Below are positions 1 to 7,625 of a stretch of DNA of 64,000 nt, piece after piece. A program made the position numbers and the translations under genes. This DNA comes from a virus: positions 4,907 through 68,906 of the IMG/VR virus record IMGVR_UViG_3300009079_000021; one strand, written 5' to 3'. Each line of letters begins with the position of its first letter. The first letter of the stretch is position 1. Below the pieces are notes generated by a model. That model was not told the DNA's origin and did no database searches. It saw only the letters and a program-made list of their open reading frames with translations.

Positions 1-142
1 GTTTTGTACCGTCTTGCATATGCAGTGTCAGTTTCCATGTATGCGATGAATCACGTACTGATCGTAGTGTTGGTGCTGCTGGTCTCCTCATAGGCAGAGG
101 AGCAAACACCATATCCTGGTCAAATGTCGTGGATGTAGTCAT
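1..142 (-). CDS. hypothetical phage protein (runs off window edge), MTTSTTFDQDMVFAPLPMRR...
   Basis: Read manually; ATG at 142 overlaps the end of the upstream ORF; open to position 1. Confidence 0.45.
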   Translation of the reverse strand, partial: MTTSTTFDQDMVFAPLPMRRPAAPTLRSVRDSSHTWKLTLHMQDGTK

Positions 143-305
143 GGTGTAGTTTGAGAAGAAACTCATGGCGTGAAGTTAATTTATTATAGAGGCGGGACAC
201 CATATTAGGTGGACCTGAATGTACCTCTTCATGTTTCGTCATACACTGCATCGATGTGATCAGTATAGACAGTTCCTGAGATGTTAGATCAAATCGTGAA
301 TTCAT
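120..305 (-). CDS. hypothetical phage protein (likely start MNSRFD)
   Basis: ORF track 120..335; ATG at 305 overlaps the end of the upstream gene. Confidence 0.5.
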   Translation of the reverse strand: MNSRFDLTSQELSILITSMQCMTKHEEVHSGPPNMVSRLYNKLTSRHEFLLKLHHDYIHDI

Positions 306-441
306 CAATGTCAAATTCCTCAATAAAATAGTCAACAGTAATTTCTAGTTCGGCAGCATACCGTTCTAGTTCCAATGCACAGCGATGTGCCTCTTCTTCT
401 GCTTTTTTATCAAATAGGTCATAGGTAGAGTCAAAAAACAT
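289..441 (-). CDS. small acidic cyanophage protein (MFFDSTYD...AAELEITVDYFIEEF)
   Basis: ORF track 289..591; ATG at 441 is more plausible; C-terminal motif is typical of small cyanophage early proteins. Confidence 0.6.
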   Translation of the reverse strand: MFFDSTYDLFDKKAEEEAHRCALELERYAAELEITVDYFIEEFDIDEFTI

Positions 442-607
442 TGGTTGCTTCCTCTTTAGAATAATATGGTCCGTACACATCATAACCACCATCGCTGAAA
501 GATAGTTCAACGTACCATCCTTCTTCTTCATGATCGCACTCAAATGCGGTCTTATACGCATACTCATCAATATAATAGACGTTTCGGTCAATAATTGTAG
601 TAGTCAT
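431..607 (-). CDS. 58-aa acidic hypothetical protein (MTTTIIDRNVYYIDEY...GPYYSKEEATNVF)
   Basis: Read manually; lies directly downstream of a sigma70-type promoter. Confidence 0.6.
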   Translation of the reverse strand: MTTTIIDRNVYYIDEYAYKTAFECDHEEEGWYVELSFSDGGYDVYGPYYSKEEATNVF

Positions 608-630
608 GGTGGAAAGGGTGTAACGGATAG

Positions 631-659
631 AGTGTAAATCATTTCGTCTGAATTGTCAA
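631..659 (-). promoter_or_regulatory. sigma70-like promoter TTGACA-N17-TACACT
   Basis: Consensus -35 box, 17-nt spacer, in an intergenic gap. Confidence 0.7.
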
Positions 660-682
660 GCGCAATTCATAGTAGTATGTAT

Positions 683-1198
683 TCAGTTTCCGCGTGTGAG
701 ATCAACCTTACATGTGATACGGTCTTTACCACCATTCCATACGGTGTATATCTCCATGTTATCTTGCTTGGCAAGATACTGGACCGCACGGAGCAATGAC
801 TCAAGATCATCACCCAGTGCTCCCATACCCGTATTGCACTTCTTACATAACCATCCACGAAACTCTTGAGTATCATGATCATGGTCACATTGCCATCCCC
901 ACGTACCATCCACACCATCAGGTACAACTTTTTTGTTCTTATATACTGGTTTGGTGCATATTGCACATGGTTCTCCATATGCAGGGCGTGGATGACTCTT
1001 TAGCGTTTTTTTAATAGCAGTAAGTTCCTTAGATTTAAGAGAACTACAACTATCACAAATTGTGTTACTGCGAAGACGATAACCATCTTTTGTGAATCTA
1101 GTTCCATAAAAAGAATATTCAATGTTTGATTTACGTATACCACATGATGAACATACACATGTTCCTAGTGGAATGTTGTCAAGGTTTTTAGTTTTCAT
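683..1198 (-). CDS. endonuclease VII-like (His-Me finger) nuclease, possibly a free-standing homing endonuclease
   Basis: CAIC...CDHDHDTQEFRGWLCKKCNTGMG motif plus N-terminal CxxC pairs. Confidence 0.8.
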   Translation of the reverse strand: MKTKNLDNIPLGTCVCSSCGIRKSNIEYSFYGTRFTKDGYRLRSNTICDSCSSLKSKELTAIKKTLKSHPRPAYGEPCAICTKPVYKNKKVVPDGVDGTWGWQCDHDHDTQEFRGWLCKKCNTGMGALGDDLESLLRAVQYLAKQDNMEIYTVWNGGKDRITCKVDLTRGN

Positions 1199-1470
1199 CG
1201 TTTGCCCTTCTTTTTGGGACGCATTGCTGCTTCTAAGTCATGCGTTAATTGACTCATAGATTCACAATCACCCAGGTAAGTGTCGTTGGAATAATCGCTA
1301 AGGTTTTTGTCTAACCACTTCATCACTTTCTCCAACTGCTCATCACGACCTAAGTCATAAGCGGCTCGCATACCATCTGGTGTGTAAAAACAGTCACCCA
1401 TATCTATATCAACAGTATGATCCCAAAACTTTTTGAATATCTTCTTGTTAGTCAGTGGGTGTTTAGTCAT
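1195..1470 (-). CDS. hypothetical protein, paralog of 1467..1781
   Basis: MTKHPLT start, shared QLExVMKWLDKNL and DTYLGDC motifs; ATGA overlap. Confidence 0.7.
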   Translation of the reverse strand: MTKHPLTNKKIFKKFWDHTVDIDMGDCFYTPDGMRAAYDLGRDEQLEKVMKWLDKNLSDYSNDTYLGDCESMSQLTHDLEAAMRPKKKGKR

Positions 1471-1781
1471 GAGTTTTCCTCCTGTGAGAGCATTGCTTCT
1501 ATCAAATGTTTTTTTAAGATGTGGAGTGGGTAGCAATCACCCAGGTAAGTGTCATCGGTGTAGTTTCTTAGGTTTTTGTCCAACCATTTCATAACCTGCT
1601 CCAACTGCCAATCAGCAGCGGTTCGCATTTGATGCTTCTCTACTTCAAAACATTCCTCAAACATGCCATCGAGGATCCGACCGTCATAACTGAGGACTCG
1701 GTTCTGATGGTCGCGAGGCAATGGAGGGGTTGAGCATACGATTTGATCACAAAGTTTGTCAGTCAGTGGGTGTTTAGTCAT
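1467..1781 (-). CDS. hypothetical protein, paralog of 1195..1470
   Basis: ORF track; motifs shared with the neighbouring gene. Confidence 0.7.
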   Translation of the reverse strand: MTKHPLTDKLCDQIVCSTPPLPRDHQNRVLSYDGRILDGMFEECFEVEKHQMRTAADWQLEQVMKWLDKNLRNYTDDTYLGDCYPLHILKKHLIEAMLSQEENS

Positions 1782-1933
1782 GAGTTGCCCTCCATAGTGT
1801 TCTGTAAATCTTGATCACTGTAACATTCTAGCATGAGACGATACTCTTCGAGTGCCATGTACTCAAAGTCACCATCTATTCCATACTCTTCACACAATTG
1901 ATCAATCAAATGCTGTCGTGTAGTTTCATTCAT
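1778..1933 (-). CDS. small acidic hypothetical protein (MNETTRQHLIDQL...)
   Basis: ORF track 1778..1966; ATG at 1933 is more plausible. Confidence 0.6.
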   Translation of the reverse strand: MNETTRQHLIDQLCEEYGIDGDFEYMALEEYRLMLECYSDQDLQNTMEGNS

Positions 1934-2306
1934 GTTCAACTCTCTGACTGGTTGAATTGAGACCAATTTTCTATCTTAGATTTTCTTTCTTTATAAACCT
2001 GACGATCATAATATAATCTCAGTTGTTTAATATTCATTGGTGGTAATCCTTCAAAATAAAAATTAATTTGGTCACGTTTAATAAACATATGACCTCTAAT
2101 CTCAAGAAAGATTTTTATACGTGATGTTCTTGGTTCCCAATAAATTCTTTTTTTCTCCCTGGCAGGATTACAGGTTCTTGCTTTTGCAGTATTATGTTTG
2201 TAATCTTTATAAGGGTCAATTAAATGATTTTCCATAATTAAAATTGTTGAAATGCGGAATCAGTTGTCGTGTAGTTTCATTCATGTTCAACTCTCTGAAT
2301 GGTTGA
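1914..2306. repeat. 42-bp direct repeat (1914-1955 and 2265-2306, one mismatch) flanking the 99-aa ORF
   Basis: TGTCGTGTAGTTTCATTCATGTTCAACTCTCTGA(C/A)TGGTTGA seen twice. Confidence 0.9.
1936..2235 (-). CDS. basic AT-rich hypothetical protein between the direct repeats
   Basis: ORF track, 99 aa; more AT-rich than its neighbours. Confidence 0.6.
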   Translation of the reverse strand: MENHLIDPYKDYKHNTAKARTCNPAREKKRIYWEPRTSRIKIFLEIRGHMFIKRDQINFYFEGLPPMNIKQLRLYYDRQVYKERKSKIENWSQFNQSES

Positions 2307-2414
2307 GTCATAGTAGTTCATCATTTTTGTGTCACGCTCTGCTAAGAATAGCAGGTAGCAGGTGATAGTGACAATAGCAAAGATGCCGCTCAGGAGATAC
2401 TGGGTGAATTTCAT
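2277..2414 (-). CDS. 45-aa membrane protein (MKFTQYLLSGIFAIVTITCYLLFLAERD...)
   Basis: Read manually; ATGA overlap with the upstream gene; one hydrophobic helix. Confidence 0.6.
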   Translation of the reverse strand: MKFTQYLLSGIFAIVTITCYLLFLAERDTKMMNYYDSTIQRVEHE

Positions 2415-2608
2415 TGTTGAACTGCGGCAATTACGTGATAAAACAAGTAGACACCGAATGATAGAAGAGGAAGAGGAATAATAACTCCATGTAAGATAGG
2501 ATTTTTAATCATATGGACACAAAACATAACCCATCCGACTAAAATACCAGTCGCGGCAACAATGAATGCCATGACACCAATTGCCGTAAGAAGAATACCG
2601 AAATCCAT
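2411..2608 (-). CDS. small two-TM membrane protein
   Basis: ORF track; two hydrophobic segments. Confidence 0.6.
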   Translation of the reverse strand: MDFGILLTAIGVMAFIVAATGILVGWVMFCVHMIKNPILHGVIIPLPLLSFGVYLFYHVIAAVQQ

Positions 2609-2642
2609 GATGATTTTAATAATTGGGATAAAATTGGGGATT

Positions 2643-2674
2643 GATTAGGATGAATCGATTAACTCATCCTAATC
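2643..2674. other. intergenic 11-bp inverted repeat GATTAGGATGA-N10-TCATCCTAATC
   Basis: Perfect stem; no U-tract on either side. Confidence 0.6.
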
Positions 2675-2684
2675 GCTTCATTGA

Positions 2685-2939
2685 TCAACCAACTGCCATG
2701 GGAGCATACTCGGAGCGTGGCATCTGCTCAACGTTGTAGTTAGTTACCTCAGCACCGTTAGCAATACGCTCAGACCACTCGTGACGTGCTGTGAGAGCAG
2801 TTACAGTGCTATAGGACTTGAGACCGTTAGCGTTGAAAGTGACACGCTTCTGGAAACGCTTGACGATCACACCATCTTCCTCAGCAATGAATGCCTCAGG
2901 AAAGAAGTCAACGGTGGTGACGAGTGTAGTGAGTTGCAT
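2685..2939 (-). CDS. conserved-type cyanophage early hypothetical protein
   Basis: ORF track; higher-GC, host-like codons; follows an early-type promoter. Confidence 0.75.
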   Translation of the reverse strand: MQLTTLVTTVDFFPEAFIAEEDGVIVKRFQKRVTFNANGLKSYSTVTALTARHEWSERIANGAEVTNYNVEQMPRSEYAPMAVG

Positions 2940-2962
2940 GGGGTGTTCCCTCGATTACCTTC

Positions 2963-3208
2963 TTATTGTAGAGCATCGAGATCACCACCATGGCGGTCGT
3001 GTGACAGTTTGTCCACTGTCTCACGTATTTCCTGCTGTAGGGGGGTTGTAGGGGCATCTGATTGTATTTGTCTTACAACTTCTATACCACCTTTGATGCG
3101 TAAACGAAACTCTTTGAGTTTATCTAATTCTTCTTGCTTCTCCGCAATATCAGCATTAACTGCTTTCAATTGGTTGTCGAGATTGTCAAGATACTTTTGA
3201 AATTCCAT
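2963..3208 (-). CDS. coiled-coil hypothetical protein
   Basis: ORF track, 81 aa, heptad pattern. Confidence 0.65.
   Translation of the reverse strand: MEFQKYLDNLDNQLKAVNADIAEKQEELDKLKEFRLRIKGGIEVVRQIQSDAPTTPLQQEIRETVDKLSHDRHGGDLDALQ
2965..3019 (-). promoter_or_regulatory. putative phage early promoter: -10 TACAAT with upstream GTGGACAAACTGTCAC motif
   Basis: A (G)TGTCAC/GTGACA-type motif upstream of the -10 box, as recalled for T4-like cyanophage early promoters. Confidence 0.5.
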
Positions 3209-3215
3209 ATAAATA
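3208..3215 (+). promoter_or_regulatory. T4-type late promoter TATAAATA (second ATAAATA at about 3240)
   Basis: Exact gp55 consensus upstream of a large structural gene. Confidence 0.65.
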
Positions 3216-3272
3216 CGAGATTGACTTTACTACTATACCATAAATAAAAGGAAAAGGCAACCCCTGGTACTC

Positions 3273-6200
3273 ATGGCATTAAAACTATTTAATAGGATTG
3301 GTCTGAGGCGTGACTTTAACCTAAGTGACTTGATCAATCCAGATTCTGCACTTAATAACATACTAAGAACCGATAGTATGTCTGCAGGTGATTCATTTAC
3401 AATTGAAGATATTGCACCAATCAAAAACATTTATGTAACAGATATTACTGCTGCGACATTCTTAACCCTTGATGACATTATAGTCAAATTCACACAAATT
3501 CTTGTTGACCCTGAAACAGGTCTTTCTAGTTTAGATAACAATGATAATCCGGTTGCATTTAGACCATTTGTTAAAATTAAAAATAGATTAGACACAGCAT
3601 ATTTCACTACAGGAGAACCATTCTTCTTTGGTGGTGATGGTCCTGTTGCGACATATTTTGATGCTGATGATATTATTAGACAACCAAATGATTTAATATT
3701 ATCACCAGCACAAGATAGTTCATATCAAATTGGTGATATTGTACTGTCAAATAATAATATTTACAGAGTAATTGTACCCAATTCATCAACTAGTTCAGTA
3801 TTAGTACACACAAGTGGGTCTCAAGATGGATTCTTATTTGAACGTGCATATGATGCTAAGGAAGTATATTACAATGGTAGATATGATGTAATTACAGGTG
3901 AAGAACTAACCGAGAGTGATAATTTCTGGGAACGTGGGTTCTTTTTGTATGGAGATAAAATTAGAGATTCATATCTCTCCTCTCTTGGTGGTGTGAAATG
4001 GAATGGTTATTTCAAACCTATTGTATCAGGTTCACATAGATTTTTCATTAGATCTAGTGGAAATTGTCAATTCAAATTCCAAGACCCCAGTGTATTCTCT
4101 TCAGTAGAAACAAAGTATGCACAACCAGACACAGCATATGTACAGAGTCAAATTGCAAGTAGTTCAGGTATTACACAGATATGGCGGGGATCATTATATA
4201 ATATCTTAACTGATAATACAAGAAAGTTTGTAGAAGTTAGGTTGGAAACTGGTTTAGTACTCTCTACTGATGATATTGTATACGTTGACTCATTACAAGG
4301 TCAATTAATTCCTAAGCAATATAGAATTTCCACACTATTCTCATCAGGTGAAGAAAATATTGTTGATAGAATTTGGATTGAAGTAACAGAAGATTTCAAT
4401 CGTAAAAATGTATCTCTCAATCAATTGCCTGTATTTGGTACTCAGGTTTGGGCAGATGCAGAAGGCAATAGATCATATATTAGATATTATCCATACAAGA
4501 GAAGAGCATTAAAGACATATCTCAATTCAATCTACAAGAATCTTGAGATACCTTCCACTAACTTTACTACTACAACTAATACAGTCACATTTACTGGTAT
4601 TAATGCTGATCTATATTATTATCAATTTATGGAGAATGATTACATCTACGATTATAGATTACGTGGTAGTGATGCAAATCAAGGTGTAAGACGTTTTGTT
4701 GTTACTGGATTGAGTGATAGTAGTAAAACAGTAACTTTTTCTTTAGATACTTCATATACTGGTATCGACAGTAGTGATAATAATGATCAGCAAGCAAGAA
4801 CTGATGGCACAGATTTATATGTATTTGCAGAGGATTACGGTGAATTTCCACCATTTGGAGCATTAATAACAGGAACATATACAACAGGTGCTCTCAATGA
4901 TATTATTTCTGGAACAACAAGAACTAATAATTTACATTTTGTTGCTAGATTTGGAACTGAAGGGGAAGACATAAGAAAGAAATACATCACTATTGATCAA
5001 TTTATACCAAAGTATGAAGAATCTGCATTTGAATTAACTTTCTTTATGAAAGATGAAGATATTAATTACCCTAATAGAATTGAAGAGAAAGGTCTTGTTA
5101 TATGGTATGCAGATGAGAATTCAGGTTATAATCCAATAAATTATAAGTATCTCTATGATCCAGATTATGAATTTTATCAAATTGGTGACTTTAGAACATT
5201 TTTAGATAATACTATTCCTCTTGGTGGTACGAGTAGAGAGACAGGCATTGACCAAAGAACATTTGGTCAACCACAATTACTTACCTCAGGTGACCAATAT
5301 AAAACATTTTATAGTACATTACCTGTCAATTCAGTATATGTACCAAAGGTAAGGTGGAATGATATTTCAGTCGTACAAAATTGTAATATAACTCTCGGAA
5401 GTAGAAAATTAACTATCAGTGACACTGTTAATACTGAAGTAGGTAATTACGTATTTCCTGCTGATATTACAGGCATTAAGAGTGAAACTATATTGTCAAG
5501 AGGAACAAGAGTAACAGAAATATTATCAAACCTTGTTGGTACTGGTGATGCTATCATTAGTAAAATTTCACTACAATCCGCATCTGATGCGTCATTTGTA
5601 TACTTTAATCACCGTGGATTTGTAACTGCATTACATTTAAGACCTAAACATACGAATGGCAATGATATCTACTGTAAAGCAGGTATGCCTATTGGGTCAT
5701 GTACATTCACTAATACTAATTCGATTGCAATTAGGTTGATAACTGAAAATAATATTGATGAAGGTACTACCATAAACTTTGTTAACTCTGGACAGTCAGG
5801 GACTAGTCAAAGCAATGGAGTTAGGATTACATATTCTAGTAGTGGCAATACTACTACATTTACTGGCGAAGGTATAGGTCAAATATTTACCTATGAAACT
5901 TATGCTGATGGAATGGATTCAGTAACGCCAGGTATGGTATTTGTATCCAATAGAGATCCTGCAAATCAAGTATATTATGTACGTGTTAATGGTTATAATG
6001 ATCCAAACAATGATGGAGTTGGTCTTATATTCCTTAACAGATCATTAGAAGATATGACATCTGGTGATAGAATTAGTGCCATTTATTATGATAAAGGTAT
6101 TGATATTGTTAAACCATTAGAGTCATATTGTAATGGTATTGCATGTAATCAAAATGCCTATAAAACTGAAATAGTAACTAATGCTGACAATGAGTCATCA

Positions 6201-7625
6201 ATTGTATCATTTACTGATACTAAGTATATTGCACCACTCATCTACACTTCAAATCAAACATCATTTGAGAATACTCATAATGCTCAGAGTGGTTCTACAA
6301 ATGTTTTAATTGGTGCGACAACGGAGCAGGCATGGTACTGGTTTGATAACTTATCAGGTAGGAATGAAGATTATGAACCAATAGATGGTTCTATTGCATC
6401 ACATTATATAGATGACGTTGTTCATGTATCACTAAGATCTACTGATACTTTAAATTCAGCAATGTCAGAAAAAGGATTTCCTAATACTGCAACTTTAACT
6501 GGTTCTAATGATTATATTCCAATTGGAAGAATTGTTGGTTACATTAAAATAAGAAGAAATAGTAACTATCAATACAATTATATTATTAAACTGAACCCTA
6601 AGGCATATGTGTGGGATGATGTAGTTAATAATGATGATGGCAATCCTCAAAGTAAACAAATTGATTGGACTAAGTTCAATACATCTGATTACTGGGTCCA
6701 ACGTTGGTCCTATAAAAATAGATCCAATCGCATCAGTAAAGGTGCTAACATTACTAATAAAACTACTTTAGGTAATACAGCAGGATCTACTGGAAGTGAT
6801 CAATATTACAAAGTGACTTCTTCAATTTCTATATCAAGTGCTGAAGCGATTTCATGGTTCCACAATCCTAATAGTATTCCTATTAATATTGGATCTACTA
6901 ACAGAGTATTACCTAGTGATTCTTATGTGCGTAGGACAGAAATTAGTGGTACAACCAAACTAATTTACTTTAACGAGTTTAGTGAGTTCCAAGGTGCATA
7001 TAGTGTATATGGTAAGCATTACACTGGCACAACTGACAATGGATTGACAGTTACTAATAATATTACTAACTCTGATCTAAGAATTCATCCAATTATTAAT
7101 ATGCAGAACCAGGACTTTAGTCCTGCTAAGAGAACCAGTACAAATTCTGCTGATGATCCCTTTGACTTTATACAATTTAGAAGTAAAGTTTATGAAGTAG
7201 TATTAGGTAACTCACAAACTGAATCCTTTATACCATTTGTAAGATTTGTTCATCCATTTGCTACCACTAGTGGTGTAGAGACCAGAATTCAAAATAGCAT
7301 GAATCCATTGACTGTCTATACATTTACTAATACCACAACAAATAGAGAACTATGCTGCCCTCCTCTTGATACTTCACCACCATTTGATAGTTCTGCTATT
7401 GGTCTATCTACTACTATCAATGAACCAGATATGGGTATTGCTGGTGGATTAAATGTTAGAGTTATTTCTGCAAGACATCCAGTTGCAGACATTTTAGAAA
7501 TCCCTGCAGGCGTAACCACATCTGATCTTGATGTTGACAAGAAACTGAGAATTGATTTTAGTGGATCAAAGTATGATCTACTTATTGGAGATAGTATTCC
7601 TCAAGATGTCATTGATGGCAACTAG
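3273..7625 (+). CDS. large virion structural/fibre protein with PA14-like segment
   Basis: 1450 aa; GGVKWNGYFKPIVSGSHRFFIRSSG resembles PA14; N-terminal NLSDL..A.LNNI motif shared with the next two genes. Confidence 0.75.
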   Translation: MALKLFNRIGLRRDFNLSDLINPDSALNNILRTDSMSAGDSFTIEDIAPIKNIYVTDITAATFLTLDDIIVKFTQILVDPETGLSSLDNNDNPVAFRPFVKIKNRLDTAYFTTGEPFFFGGDGPVATYFDADDIIRQPNDLILSPAQDSSYQIGDIVLSNNNIYRVIVPNSSTSSVLVHTSGSQDGFLFERAYDAKEVYYNGRYDVITGEELTESDNFWERGFFLYGDKIRDSYLSSLGGVKWNGYFKPIVSGSHRFFIRSSGNCQFKFQDPSVFSSVETKYAQPDTAYVQSQIASSSGITQIWRGSLYNILTDNTRKFVEVRLETGLVLSTDDIVYVDSLQGQLIPKQYRISTLFSSGEENIVDRIWIEVTEDFNRKNVSLNQLPVFGTQVWADAEGNRSYIRYYPYKRRALKTYLNSIYKNLEIPSTNFTTTTNTVTFTGINADLYYYQFMENDYIYDYRLRGSDANQGVRRFVVTGLSDSSKTVTFSLDTSYTGIDSSDNNDQQARTDGTDLYVFAEDYGEFPPFGALITGTYTTGALNDIISGTTRTNNLHFVARFGTEGEDIRKKYITIDQFIPKYEESAFELTFFMKDEDINYPNRIEEKGLVIWYADENSGYNPINYKYLYDPDYEFYQIGDFRTFLDNTIPLGGTSRETGIDQRTFGQPQLLTSGDQYKTFYSTLPVNSVYVPKVRWNDISVVQNCNITLGSRKLTISDTVNTEVGNYVFPADITGIKSETILSRGTRVTEILSNLVGTGDAIISKISLQSASDASFVYFNHRGFVTALHLRPKHTNGNDIYCKAGMPIGSCTFTNTNSIAIRLITENNIDEGTTINFVNSGQSGTSQSNGVRITYSSSGNTTTFTGEGIGQIFTYETYADGMDSVTPGMVFVSNRDPANQVYYVRVNGYNDPNNDGVGLIFLNRSLEDMTSGDRISAIYYDKGIDIVKPLESYCNGIACNQNAYKTEIVTNADNESSIVSFTDTKYIAPLIYTSNQTSFENTHNAQSGSTNVLIGATTEQAWYWFDNLSGRNEDYEPIDGSIASHYIDDVVHVSLRSTDTLNSAMSEKGFPNTATLTGSNDYIPIGRIVGYIKIRRNSNYQYNYIIKLNPKAYVWDDVVNNDDGNPQSKQIDWTKFNTSDYWVQRWSYKNRSNRISKGANITNKTTLGNTAGSTGSDQYYKVTSSISISSAEAISWFHNPNSIPINIGSTNRVLPSDSYVRRTEISGTTKLIYFNEFSEFQGAYSVYGKHYTGTTDNGLTVTNNITNSDLRIHPIINMQNQDFSPAKRTSTNSADDPFDFIQFRSKVYEVVLGNSQTESFIPFVRFVHPFATTSGVETRIQNSMNPLTVYTFTNTTTNRELCCPPLDTSPPFDSSAIGLSTTINEPDMGIAGGLNVRVISARHPVADILEIPAGVTTSDLDVDKKLRIDFSGSKYDLLIGDSIPQDVIDGN

